Origin: Camelus dromedarius
Lineage: Eukaryota
Assembly: GCF_036321535.1 (NCBI RefSeq)
Contig: NC_087436.1
Span: forward strand, 99,016,001 to 99,080,000
DNA length: 64,000 nucleotides
Direction: 5' to 3'
Both the position numbers and the translations under genes were made by a program. Below are positions 12,299 to 25,168 of the stretch, in pieces. Position 1 is the stretch's first letter. Each line of letters begins with the position of its first letter. The notes under the pieces were generated by a model. That model saw only the letters and a list, made by a program, of their open reading frames with translations, did not search any database and was not told the DNA's origin.

Positions 12299-13402
12299 GA
12301 ATTTTGATATATATATTTTTAAATCAAGCTTCCTGAGAATTTTAATAAGCTATTGACTTTAGGACCCTTATTATAAGAACAACATAACTCATTTCCTTCT
12401 ACTGATGCCTTATTTGGTTTTTCACTTAATGTTTAGACATTTATTTTACAATGGATAGGGCAAAACTTATGTTTGCTTATTATAAAAACAAAGCATTTGT
12501 TAATTATTTTGAATTATTTTATATTAAGTGAACCATATATTTTATAGCAGGCTTGAAATCTGGTACCACTTCAATCATCCAGAATCACTTTATCCGAAAA
12601 ATTTTGAAGGAAAGAGATGGCAAATAAACCATTAACGGTTTTAGAATCCAGTGTATCTGACCTACCAGACTGCACTGGAGAAATGTGATAGTTGCATGCT
12701 GACTAAAAGCACATACACACAGGAAACCACGGGCAGAGCACATACAATCTTCACTCCCAAACTCAAAAGGTCCAAGTTCTGCCATTCTCTAAGACCTCGA
12801 CCAGATGTCTGACTGTGAATCTTCTGTGCCTATGAGTTCCCATTATACTTTGAGGTTTGTTTTTTGTATTTCATTTTCCATGTACCATGGCTGTCTAAGG
12901 GGTTAGCTCTGTACTCAGGCTTCTTCAGAGTGGACATCCTGCCTTCTTCCGTCTTATATAATAAAACCAAAAATGCTAAATTAGCAAAAATAAAAATAAG
13001 TCATATGCCTGCAGAAATCTTTACAGTTTAGAACGTTTATTATCTATACTAATCCCTATGAAGTTGGTGAGCTAGCTTTAGAATCATCCTCACTATCAGT
13101 TAGTGTGTTCCCCAGGTTACAGAGACAGATCTCAAATTGGATATTAACCAAAGTCATCAATGTTTCCAGGAGGAACTCTCACTGGCACACAGAAGGCACC
13201 GAATAATCTAAGTCTTCTTGTGAATTCACAGATGTAACAAGTAGCCCTTTTGCTAATTATGTACGCCTCTTATTTTTTGACACTTTGCTTACTCTCTGCT
13301 GAGCAACACCTCTTTTCACCATCCCATTTCAGGCTGCAACAAACTTACTCTAGAGAATTTCATAAAGAGGTTTCCATAGGTTCTCTTCTGTTGAACTCTA
13401 CT

Positions 13403-13760
13403 CATCAGGATTCTTAATTGCCAACCAAAGGAATACTTGACTGACTAAGGTCAGCAAAAAAGGAATTTATTGAAAGAACATCTGGAAGACTACAGGGAGG
13501 TAAAGAAGCTGGTTTAGGTGAGAGCAGCTGCAGAAGAGACTGTCAGAACAAGAATCTTCCCAGGACGTGGCCCTGACTCTGGACCTTTATACCACCTTTC
13601 ACTGCCATCCCTGGGCTTGCTCTCTCAGCCATTCCTCTGGGATTCCTAAGCACCGTAGTCATCCGGAATAATCGCTAAAGAACCCCTGCCTTTTCAGTGG
13701 TCTCTAAACACGTAATGCCTTCAGTGGGAGCCTATCCTTGGTTATGCTTAGTTAACACTA
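13403..13760 (-). mobile_element. Old MaLR LTR (MLT1N/M-like)
   Basis: 'tcaggattcttaattgccaaccaaagg...aggtcagcaaaaaaggaatttattgaaagaa' matches the antisense 3' end of old MLT1 LTRs. Confidence 0.6.
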
Positions 13761-14528
13761 GAGACAGAATGTAAAAGCCAACACTTAATTTTCCATAGAT
13801 AATTAGGAGATAAGCCTAAGCTTCTGACTCTCGGATATACACTTCCCGAAGTTCCCTACTGAGATACTATAATAAGAAAAGGCAAAATGAATAATGGCTT
13901 ACTTGATATAAGAGGACAAGGGAATGAAACAGGAAGTTTTTGACAACCGTGTGGCTCTCAGTCTAAATCTCCTGCTAAGACATTTACCTGGCCAGAGGCT
14001 TTTAAGCAACTAGGGATTCTCATTAAGACTTAAGAACCCGTAACTAGTTTTAACCTTCCATCACAGTGTCTACTATGATGCAGAAATAAAAAGTCAACAC
14101 TAAAATTAATAGACATTAGATGAGACCCATGTCTTAGATCTTAGGCTTTTGAGGACAACTTCAAGTTTTCATACCCTGGGTCTGTGGCCAAAATTGCTAC
14201 TAATATGATTGTGCTCACACTCTAGCTTTGTGAAAGGATATTATTCCCTTTGCAGAATGTCTCAATAGGCATCAAATATATTGAAGAATGAGCACAGACC
14301 CGTAACACTAAAGTAGACTGGGAATAGAAATTAAAATGCATCTCCTTAAACTCTTCTTATAGTTGGTAGACTTTGACCATTTAACCTAAAAGTTTTTGTG
14401 GCCTCTATTTTATACAGTACTTAACCACATATTTATTTATGGATAATTGTTTACAAATGGTTATTAGGATATATATTTATTGTGAAAATATATATTTTTA
14501 TGTAAAATATACAAATGAATTGCAATTT

Positions 14529-15233
14529 TTTAATTGAAGTATAGTCAGTTTATGATGTTGTGCCAATTGCTAGTGTACAGCCTACTAGTTCAGTCATACA
14601 TATATATACATATATTCATTTTCATATTCTTTTTCACCACGAATTACTGTAAGATACTGAATATAGTTCCCTGTGATATACAGTTTAAAGTTATTGTTTA
14701 CCTATTTTACATATAGTAGTTAGCATCTGCAAACCTCAAATTCCCAATTTATCCTTTCCCACCCTCTTCCCCCTCTGGTAACCATATGTTTTCTATGTCT
14801 GTGAATCTGTTTCTGTTTTGTAAATAAGTTCATGTGTGTCTTTTTTTTTTTTTTAAGGTTCCACATATAAGTGATATCAAATGGCATTTTTCTTTCTCTT
14901 TCTGGCTTACTTCATTTCACATTCTCCAGGTCCATCCATGTTGCTGCAAATGGCATTACTTCATTCATTTTTATGGCTGAGTAGCATTCCATTGTATAAA
15001 TATACCCAAACTTCTTTATCCAGTCATCTGTCAATGGACATTTAGGTTGTTTCCATGTCTTGGCTATTGTAAATAGTGCTGCTATGAACATTGGGATGCA
15101 TGTATCTTTTCTAATTAGAATTCCCTCTGGATATATGCCCAGGAGTGGGATTGCTGGATCATATGGTAAGTATTTTGAGTCTTTTGAAGAGTCTTCATAG
15201 TGTTTTCCCTAACAGCTGCACCAAACTACATTC
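14529..15233 (-). mobile_element. Young L1 3' end (ORF2 C-terminus, 3'UTR, poly(A)), camelid-like
   Basis: 'tttttaattgaagtatagtcagtt...aagatactgaatatagttccctgtg...ccatccatgttgctgcaaatggc...cccaggagtgggattgctggatcatatggta'. Confidence 0.93.
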
Positions 15234-15729
15234 GAAGTCCTGAATGAGGAAAACCTGCAACCTAGGATACTCTGTTCGGCAAGATTATCATTTAGAATAG
15301 GAGACAGAACGAATTTCACAGACAAGCAAAAAAGTAAAAGAATTCAGCAATACTAAACCATCCTAAAAGAAATATTGAAAGATCTACTCTAAATAGAAAA
15401 GAAGTAGGAAGCTATAGAAATGAACAAACCATAACTGGAAATGCAATAATGACAATGGGTTGCAAGAGAATAAACATGAAGATGTTAAAAAAAAGAAAGG
15501 ACATCAAATTCATAAAAGATGGGAGAGGGGAGTGAGAGAATACAGATTTTTTTTCTCTTTCTTTTTCTTCATTCTTTTCATGATGTGTTTGAGCCTACAT
15601 GACTACCCATCTAAAGCAAGCAGATATAGTAATGGGTTAACATACCTGAAAAACAGGGCAACCACAAATCAAAAGCATACAATAGAGTCAAAAACACAAA
15701 AAGAAACCAAGCTAATATAAAGGAAAATT
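15234..15729 (+). mobile_element. Inverted segment of the same L1: ORF1 C-terminus plus inter-ORF spacer
   Basis: From 15234 it translates EVLNEENLQPRILCSARLSFRIGDRTNFTDKQK, similar to the L1 ORF1p C-terminal motif (NLQPRILYPARLSF...FTDKQKL). Shares a TSD with the adjacent 3' segment. Confidence 0.9.
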
Positions 15730-17873
15730 AATTGCAGTTTAGGCAGTGAGTTCTGAAGGTCAAAATCTTCCACACAAACAAGTTTGTGGGGACTTGGGTT
15801 CCATCACTTTACCATCACAGACCAGAGATTCAGATTAAGAAGTCCTCTTTCTGCCTATCGTGTTAAAAAAAAAATACCTGGTATTCTCACTATAGTTTTG
15901 ACCAAGTTCACCTGTCCCTTTGTGGATTGGACAAAGATGAGCTCAAGAAATAAAAATTATTTCAAGTGATCTGTTCAGTTTTCAGTTTTCTCACTGGAAG
16001 AATATATGGAGAAAAACACTTTGAAGATGCCTCACTTCTAAGATTTTGCTATATATATATCACCATGGAGGGAGAAGAAAATAGATAATCATGTCCCCAG
16101 TAAGAAGTGGTAACACACACGTTATGAAGTATACTTATTTTGTCTTTTACTTAAAGGTCTTAAATTAATAGCTGATCTTTGATTGTACAGATATTCTTCC
16201 CCTCAAAGGAGGGGATCATATGCCCCTTTTTTTAAAAACAAAATGGAGGGAATAATAATGTTACATTTTGTTCTTCAAATATAGGCTCATATTTTTTATA
16301 AACCTAAGTTTGAGCCACTTTAAAATATTGTTCATTTTTCAAAATAAAGAAGAAATGATCACCTAATGTTTCCTTATTCAAGATATTCACATTTACACAT
16401 CTCTATTTCTACTACATACATCATTCTTGCCACAAAATAAGCCTTGTAAGTTTGCCTTAATATATCTTACCTCATTTGAAATTAAATAAAATGTCATAGA
16501 GAGCTGATATAAAATAGTAAGCAAAAACTGATCTTCTAATTGCAAGGGAGAAGAGAAGAACTAGCAAATATATGAGTTGAAATTATTAGTGCATGAAGCA
16601 CAGAGGTGATGCTGATCAGTTGACAGACCTCCAATTTCACACTGCTACAGTGCATTTCTTTGGTAAATTTAATGGAAGAAAGAACCAACCAACCAGAATC
16701 ATTGTAACACAGTTAAACAAAGGTCTGTCTAATAGATGCTGGATCCTCAGAAAATGCTAATCACATTGCCACGTGTTAAGTTTTTGCAGAGTCAGGAGTT
16801 AACATGATTATGTTTCTGTGGGTCACCACATGTTGTCCTTGCCATCATCATTGTTTCTGCAGAAATAAAATGCCTAAGGGTGACCACAGGCTGATAGACT
16901 TAGCATGCCAAATTACACACCGCATCACGCAATCTGCCAAACCACAGATTAGGATGCCGCAGCACTGCAGAAAAAAAAAAAAATTCTTCTGATTTCAGTA
17001 CTTTAGAGAAGACAGGTATTTTCTGATTCACTATCTGGAATTATTTTTATGGAACTGATGATAAAGTACACATGACAGGGTGTGAGTGCCAGCAGAATCT
17101 TAATTAGGAGTAAAATCCAAAAGCCCAGTCCTGAAGAGTTTACTAAGTTTCATGGAAAAGAGAGTCTCGATTCAGCTAGTGGCATTCGTTCTATTCTCAT
17201 TTTTAATTAGCATCAAGGAGTTTAATTAGAAGAATAGCATATGAGAATCACAGGGAATGCAACAGCTAGAAGGGACCAAAGATTCTCTGGTGCAGCTGCT
17301 TCATTTTTCCCAGTAAGTCAGGGAAGATGTAGGGAAAAGATGATACTGTTAGGGCCTAGAAAATGCAGAGCCCAGATGAAAACATGCATGCTTGAAGGCC
17401 TGCTTTAAAAGTGCACACACATGTAGGAACATCTGCTGAACATGTATGTTTTTTAAAATTCAAGGACAGTCCTCCTTCTGGAGGTTGCGGTACTGTCAAT
17501 ACCAAGCAAGGAAATCACACAAATGAAAAAAGTTTTTATTAGTGTGCCATGTGTCCTGCATGTTCTCAGAACCTCTCCATAAAATCTGATGCAACAAGGT
17601 CAACTATCCTCATCATTTATTTATTCAGGAAACATTTTAAAGCAACATCTATGCACCAGAAACATATCTGGTAGGAAATAAAATGTGCAGGAGGAAATAA
17701 TTAGAATGTTCTGCACCAGAGAAAGGAGATTTAGGCTTAGAGAATGTCTGGGTACCTGATCACATGTTCTGCTTAACTAATGTAACCAGTTAATCTCAGT
17801 GTTACATCATGAAATCAAGCTCCTCCCAGCAACTGCTGACCTGGCAGTACTAATAAGTCAACATACTCTTAAG

Positions 17874-18040
17874 GAAAGAGCCCTCATCCAGGAACCAGGA
17901 GTTTTGTATTCTAGTCCTATTTCTGCTAGAATATTAACTCTGAGTGAAAAAGGTCAAATCTTTTAATATCAGCTCATTTGTCTAAAAAAATGAAATGGTT
18001 GAATTATAGAATATTAAGGATTTTCATATCTCCAATGTTT
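17874..18040 (+). mobile_element. MIR3/MIRc fragment
   Basis: 'gaaagagccctcatccaggaaccaggagttttgtattctagtcctatttctgct...aaaatgaaatggttgaatta'. Confidence 0.55.
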
Positions 18041-18484
18041 ATTGTTAATTATAAATTAGATGTCCTTATACCTGAAAGAAGAAGGGCAGCCAAAGTGATA
18101 TGGAAATATGAGGGCTTTAAAGGAGAAACTTTGTCTTAGCAGGATGTTCAGGCTCAAATTTCTTGCTTAACTTGTTCTGCCCGTATTTCTTATCCTTTAC
18201 TTTGAGAGAATATGCTGAATGATGTGCTCAGGAGTTCTTTGGGTTCAATTTCAGATTTTGGGATTTATTCTGTTAAGTCAACTTATGCCTTGGATGAGAA
18301 GGTACCTAATAAAATTGCTTTCATATGAATTTTTCCAATGGAAAATTAAATGAATTTGCGAGGTTGTCTTTAAACCAGGTAGACAGAAGCCAAACCTGAA
18401 AGTAATTCCTCATGTATTTCTAATATTTCTAACTTATAAAATAAAACCAAAGATGAAACTGCCTTCTGTAATAAAAGGTAAGGA

Positions 18485-18690
18485 GTCAATTCAACAGAAT
18501 TTATTGACAGCCTGCCATGTACTTGGTGCTCTTCTCAATACAGCAGTAGAAACAGTAATTGTTAAGATCTGTGTGGCAGAGATAATTTTTGCTATCAATA
18601 TGCATTTACTGTGTTTGAGGCACTGTTCTAAGTTAATTACATGTATCAACTCACTTAGTTCTTGCGACCTCATGAGTCTATGATGCTTTC
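18485..18690 (-). mobile_element. Adjacent L2 3' end and MIR fragments
   Basis: 'attcaacagaatttattgacagcctgccatgtacttggtgct' (L2); 'tgcatttactgtgtttgaggcactgttctaag...acatgtatcaactcacttagttctt' (MIR). Confidence 0.6.
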
Positions 18691-19705
18691 AATAGATGTT
18701 TTTGAAGCAGCATGGAATCATGAAAGAAATATCAGGTATCAAATGATTTGAGAAATTCTACTTAATTCGTCTGGTTCTTGTATAAGCCATTCTGTGGAAA
18801 TGGAGTGGATGGGTTTTTTAAACATTTAGAAAAAAAAGCTGTATTAATAAGTTAATCACTGTGTGCCTTTATAAATAAGGCCTAAGCTTCATATGCTTAG
18901 TGAGTCATCTCAAATAGTCTATCTCCTGTAGTTTTTGAAGCTTTTATGTTAAATTAATGCTATATTTTTGGTTTATGAGCAAAATAATGGTATCAAAAGA
19001 AAAATATTAACATTGATCAGAAAAATAAAATTTGGAGGCTTTCTTGTTTTTATAGAAAGTATTGTACAAAGTGTTTGTTAGATTTTTGGCAACAAAGATA
19101 GGAAATATAAAAAATAAACTAGTGTTTGTTACTATTAGAAAATTTATAGTTTAGAGCATAAGAAAGATGTTCAGAAGGATGACGATAATTCAGGGAAAAG
19201 AGTACTTAATAAAAGATTATAATAGAGACATTAAGAAAATGTTATGCTCAGGAATAGTGCTTCAGTAATCTATAATTTAAAGAAATACAACCTTAAAAGC
19301 ATCTATAAGCTAAGCTGTCTGACTTTAAAAACCTTACAGAAAAAATCAATTAGTATTCATTAAATGCTGAGTTAACATTACAAAATTAGTAGAAGAGTTA
19401 ATTGAAAAATACCTGTCACGTAAAGAGCACAAAGAAGGAAAAATTACTGTCAAATTCCAAAATATGCTTTGACAGAAAAATTCAAAATAATTTAATATTA
19501 AAACTCATTCAGTATCTTTAAAATTATTATAAACACCTTAGAGACATAAGTAAAACATGCTAAACAATAAAAACATAGGTAACTGAATTTGTCAGAGCCT
19601 TCAATTGCCTATTTTTTAAGAGATTAAAGAAACAGCTATGATGACTATCATGTTTCCCAGTAAAATGGAAAGTTGATTAAAACAGTTAATTGTTGAGAAC
19701 ACATG

Positions 19706-20072
19706 TGTATTAGACAGCTCAGACTGCCATAACAAAGTAGCATAGATTGGGTGGCTTAAACAACCAAAATTTATTTCTCACAGTTCCGGAGACTGGGAAG
19801 CCCAAGATGTAGGTGCTGGCAAATTCAGTGTGCAGTAAGGTCTCTGGCTTGTAGATGACTGCCTTCTCTGCCATCTCCACATGGTACAGAGAAAGAGCTC
19901 CAGTATCTCTTCCCCTTCCAGTAAGGGCACCAGCCCTATCAAGTTAGGGCTGCATCCTTACGACCTCATTTACTTTTTATCACCTCATCCCAGGTCCTGT
20001 CTCCAAGTACAGTGAAATTGAGGGTTAGGCCTTCAACATGCATTTTAGGGGAACACAATTCAACCCACAGCA
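19706..20072 (-). mobile_element. MaLR solo LTR, MLT1A/B-like, near full length
   Basis: TG...CA ends: 'tgtattag...gccataacaaagtagcatagattgggtggcttaaacaac...atttatttctcacagttc...gggttaggccttcaacatg...acacaattcaacccacagca'. Confidence 0.9.
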
Positions 20073-20699
20073 AAAAGTTTCAACCCACATAGAAACTTGA
20101 AAATGTATCAGATGACTTGATCCCATGTGCCTACTGCCTTCTTTTCCATTTTTGCCATTAAGTCTTTAGACAAATGAGAAAATCAGAAGTTACTTAGTTT
20201 TACTTGAACAATAAGCTCTCAGAAGAACATCTATTTAAAGAAAACCAAGCTTGCCAGTCAGTTTGATATTTTTTAATCTGATTTTTAAATCTGACAATAT
20301 TTATTCTGAAATACAAAAGAAATTAAATTTGCATAAAAACATTTTTTTTCTATTTTGTTCTAAGGGGAATGTTGAAGTAGATCACCATGCTTCACGATGG
20401 GATGAAAAGCAAGCAGTAACAACACATGCTAGTGGCAGCAGCACTGATGGAAATGCTATTTCACAGTCATGAAAAGAAAAAAAGTAGTATAAAATAATTT
20501 TGCCCCATAACTGGAGCATCTAACTTTGTTTTATGAAGACAAAAGTTGCCCCAAGAACTAATCTGACAACTCTAAATGAAGCAGACTAAACCACTTCTTT
20601 AAAAGCTTCCCTGGGATTACCTCCACTAAGACAAAAGAATAATGGGTCCAGAACTCTGGAGAACATATCTACTTGAATATGCAATAGATAAATTTAAAT

Positions 20700-21905
20700 T
20701 ATTCATAATTCCAATCCAGTCATCACCACACCTTCTCTGGACTAATTCAAAGTATCAAATATGTCCCAGCTTCTACTTTGCCCTCTTAAAACCAGTTGTC
20801 AAAATAGCAGTCAGAGTCATCTATTAAAAATGTAAATAAGGTCACATGTCTCTTTTGCTTTGACCTTTCCAATTATTTCTCATAGAATTCAAACTGTTGA
20901 ACTAAATTTATGAAGCCCTACATGAACTGGTGTCTGCCTACCTCCATGAGCTATGTCTTGTCATATTCTTCCTTACCCATTTTGCTCTGAAGGCCACACT
21001 GGCCTTCTTGGTGTCCTTGAATTTCAACATACTCATTTATATTGCACTCTTTCTTGTTCAAGGACATTTGTAACGGCTTTTCCTTTTTTTTTTTTTTCTT
21101 TCTGTCTTTAACTGATGACTTCCTATAAGGCAGTCTCAGCTTAAATGTCACCTCTTCAGAGAGGCATTTCCTAATCAACAAATCTAAAATATCATTCATA
21201 TACCTTTATGCCAATTTTGCCATTTTAATTGTTTGCATAAAATTTAGTACTTTCTGAGGAGTTATTATTTGTGTATTTATTATCTATATTTGTCAGCTTT
21301 GCTGTGGTAACATATAATCCCAAGTCACAATGACTTAACAACAAAGATTTAGTTCTCCATCACATAACATGTATGCTGCTGGGTGTTGCAGTTATGCTCC
21401 AGGCTTAGGTTTTACGCCAGTTTGTGGCTAGGCTATAGCTCTGTTTCACAAGTTATTTCATTCTGGGCCTCAAGTTAAAATCATACTACTTACACAGATA
21501 TATGAATCCTTGAAGGGGAGACTTGTGACATCATTTAAGTTTCTGCTTGGACATGGTGCATATGGTTCAAGTACAACCTATTGTCCAGAAGGAGTCAGAA
21601 GTCATATGGCCAAAGTCAAAGAAGATGAATATACACACACACACACACATACACACACATACATTCTTCCCATGGGAGACATAGATAAGTCACATTGCAA
21701 TAAGTAGTAATATATAACTGTCTTAAAAGGAAGAGAATAAAAAAGTGCAAACAATAATACAATATACAATATAATGTTTTAGCCACTTAAATCAGGGCCC
21801 TTTTTCTCTTGGTCACTGCTCTAACTCCAGAACCCAGCAGTATCTGACATACATGTTTGTTTAACACATATGGGGAATAAATAATGAGTGAATACATGAA
21901 TATTC
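20700..21905 (+). mobile_element. L2a 3' region, interrupted by an MLT1 LTR
   Basis: 'gccacactggccttcttgg', 'tctcagcttaaatgtcacctcttcagagaggcatttcc'; 3' end 'ggtcactgctctaactccagaacccagc...gaataaataatgagtgaat'. Confidence 0.8.
21286..21770 (-). mobile_element. MaLR LTR (MLT1I/J-like) nested in L2a, with internal (CA)n
   Basis: 'gtcagctttgctgtggtaacatataatcccaag...gacttaacaacaaagattta...agtcatatggccaaagtcaaag'. Confidence 0.7.
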
Positions 21906-22469
21906 CTGTGTTTCCATAATCTTGCAGTCTATCAGCCCATCATCCATCGCCAATTAGCTAAGGATCTATAGTGGCTTCATGTTCTGCCTCAACAATAGAA
22001 ACTCTTTATTCCCAACTGGAGGGTGAGAAGTATGAAGCAAATTTGAGGCTGAAGGATTCAGCTAATGTTGCCTGTCACCTTATTGCATGTTAAATGGCAA
22101 AGGTGGCAAGCAATCCATCACAAATAGGAGTAGGTAACTTTTGTTTGAACTATTAGGAATCCTAGTAAAAGAAAACATTCTATGATTCTGTTAATAGAAA
22201 TCTGTAGTGCAGGTCAGTGTCTGGTAGAGTAACTATGTTCACATTTGACAAGTAAAAATTGCACGACGATTTTCTGCTCATCTAAATATTTAAGAGTTTT
22301 ATTTTTCAATTTTTCCAACTACTGTTTATTCACAGATGTTTTTAAACAAATTGGCACAAAATTCTTCCCCCCAAAATGTTAGCATCAGTCTTTTAAAAAC
22401 AAGTTGTTTCTGAATTGGACTTTATTCACATATACATGAACAAATAAGAAGAAAGGGAGAGGAGAAACA

Positions 22470-22605
22470 AACATTTTTGAGTCACTGTTACAGGCTGGGC
22501 ACTTTTGCATATCCTACATCTTTATTCTTCAAAGAAAATTCTCAGGGGTGGGTATTTTTAGCTTCATTTTTTTTGCAGATGAGGAAAATGAGTCTCAGAG
22601 AAGAA
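22470..22605 (-). mobile_element. MIR SINE
   Basis: Antisense core 'catttttttgcagatgaggaaaatgagtctcagagaag'. Confidence 0.75.
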
Positions 22606-23759
22606 ATGTTATGGGAATACAGTAACACTAGTCTAATCAAGTCTCAGCATTTCCTGTTGACAAGCATTTTGAAGGCCTTGGGAGAAATGAGTTGGTAACT
22701 GTTTTTAGCCCTTGCTCCAAATCATCTGCGTCATAGCAACAGTGCTTAATGGAAGGTGTTTCACAGAGAGCACAATTGTGTCTCTTTGATGTTTCAGAGA
22801 AAATAAACATCCTAATCTATCCAGATTACAATGAAAATACATTAGCTACCCTTCACCAAAGAAATATAGTTCATAAGTATGACAAAGAAACACATGAATA
22901 AAGACAATAATTGTGATCTCAGAACATTCAAATCAATTGGAAATATTTTAGACAAATTTTTGAAAAGATGTAACAGCAGTAACAAATGTACGTTAGCTTT
23001 TCAGAGCCTTTCTCTGTTTATGTCAATCTTAACAGATGATAAAGTTAGAAAGTGGAGTAGACTAGGAAGAGAAAAGTGAGTTGTGCTTTTTCATCATTGC
23101 TGAAGTGTTGAAGCGAAGTTATCGTGCTGAGCTTCTGTAAGGCTTGGAGTAGAAGATACTGAGCAAGTCTTTGAGGTCATATCATACCAGGGTTGCTAAA
23201 ATGGCATGTAACAAACAGAATGCCAACTCATTTTAATGCCAAAACGACGGCATGTAAATGTGCTATGTACAGAAGCAAGGAAAAGAACTTCTAGAACACT
23301 TATATAAAGCATAAGCACAAGCTTACAGAAGCTTACATAAAGGTGAATTTTTTCACTTATGTGACCAAAGAGGAACATCCTCTTCCTCCATCTCCAGCAG
23401 TGGAGTAGGTGGGAAATCTATGAATTGTTCTTTCAGTTTTCCCAGGCCTTCCAAATAATAGGTAACCTTATGAATATGCCATTACAGCTGGGTTTTGGGT
23501 TTTTAGCACAAGGTTATTCCTGTCATATTAACATTACATTTTAGAATATAAGTCTGGCTGGGCTCATTGGACTAGTATATCTTATATAATATTGCCTACA
23601 CAATGATCCTAACATGCCCTTCTTTCATTATAGAGCTACTTCTAGACATTTAATGACAACATTTAAAAATAAATAACTTATTTTCCCTCAGTTAGTTCAT
23701 TTGCCTCTTTCTTCAACTATATGCAATTTCATTTCAACTAAAGGTCACTTTAAATACCA

Positions 23760-24800
23760 CTCTCATTCACTCACTCATTCATTCATTAGGCATTTGTGAC
23801 CTACAATAGGAGATGAGTATATAAATAATTAAAAATAAGGTTATATGTTACAGGTGCAGGTGAGAGATAGAAGTCCTGTGCCCTGAGTAATGAAAGAGGA
23901 ATCTTTGCCAAAGTGAGTGATTAGGAAAGACATCAGCAAGAAAGTGGTGTTTCAACTGAACTTAAAAAGAGGTGAGATGTGAAATGGCGATGATGTAAAA
24001 TAAAGAAAATGTATTAACATATGCAAGTGGGAGTGTTACAAGCATAGGCTCACAGAAAGAAAAGTGAGGAAAATGTGCGTATCAACCACGTGTTTGACTG
24101 AAATAAGGGAATAAATAGTGAGAGAGAATGAGACCAGTAAGAAACTGCAGATTGTGGAGAGCCTAAACCCCTAATTGCATCTCTAAGACTTTAGTTTTTA
24201 TCATGTAGGCTTTGAAGCAGGAAAAACACATATTTCTGGATTTTTTGTAGGGTATTGTAGTCCAGAGGTTGATTAGCTAATTCTTTCATTCAGCAACAGC
24301 AACAGTAAAGTTACAGATCCTTATAAGGGCCAGGTATTGAGAGAAACACAAAAAAATACGGCCCCTGACATCAAGGCAATCACAGGAGGAGACATGTACC
24401 CAATTATCCAATTGCAATGACTAAATGTTTCCTAGAAAGAATGAATAGGAATTTAGATACATAATAAAGCTGTGAATACTAAGCATGATGGAGTCAAGTA
24501 GGAGACCTAGGAGCAAGGTAGGAGACCCATTATAAATATAAGTAACAAGAACCTGTGCTCAGGCTTCTACAATGAAAAGCAAAATAAAGACTGATCAGTG
24601 AACAATTCTATGAGAAGTCAATTAGCAGATCGTAGCAAAGGATAACATGTGTTAAAAGTGATTCTACAATTTTTCAACCTAGGTGAATGTACTGTTTGTA
24701 CAAAAACAGATACACTTTAGTTTTGAAAATTTGCCAAATTTATTTTTAGATTATTATATAAACAGGTAGTTAGAAAACAGATAAAATTAGAGATTTATAT
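23760..24800 (-). mobile_element. Decayed L2 fragments
   Basis: 'ctcattcactcactcattcattcatt' 3' repeat; 'ggcccctgacatcaagg'; purine-rich L2-like antisense tract. Confidence 0.55.
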
Positions 24801-25129
24801 CTGGTAACAAAAAAGGCAGTTCAAGGAAACCAGTTTTTATCAACCCATGTGAAACTGGTAGATGAGGATGGCAGAGCAGATTTATATGTTGACTATTATC
24901 CCCCAAAGAATCCTGATGCACTTTACTATCCTAAGTACAGATATGTAATTGAATGGAATAAATGATGAGGGAAGAAATGTTGAAATAAAGTGTAAATAAC
25001 AGACAAAAAGTTTTTAAAAGTTTAGAAAGAAGCTATTTAATACTTCTTACAAGGAAAGGGAAACTTTTCTGAAGGCTCATGCATTACACCAAAAGTATAG
25101 TCTCAACCTTGCATTTTGAGTAGCCCTGG

Positions 25130-25168
25130 GTGTGTGTGTGTGTGTGTGTGTCTGCGTGCACGTGTGCG
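25130..25168. repeat. (GT)11 microsatellite with alternating purine-pyrimidine extension
   Basis: Visible. Confidence 0.9.

Noticed and set aside
19000..19700. A-rich tract possibly from a very old L1
   Set aside because: Too decayed to assign by eye.
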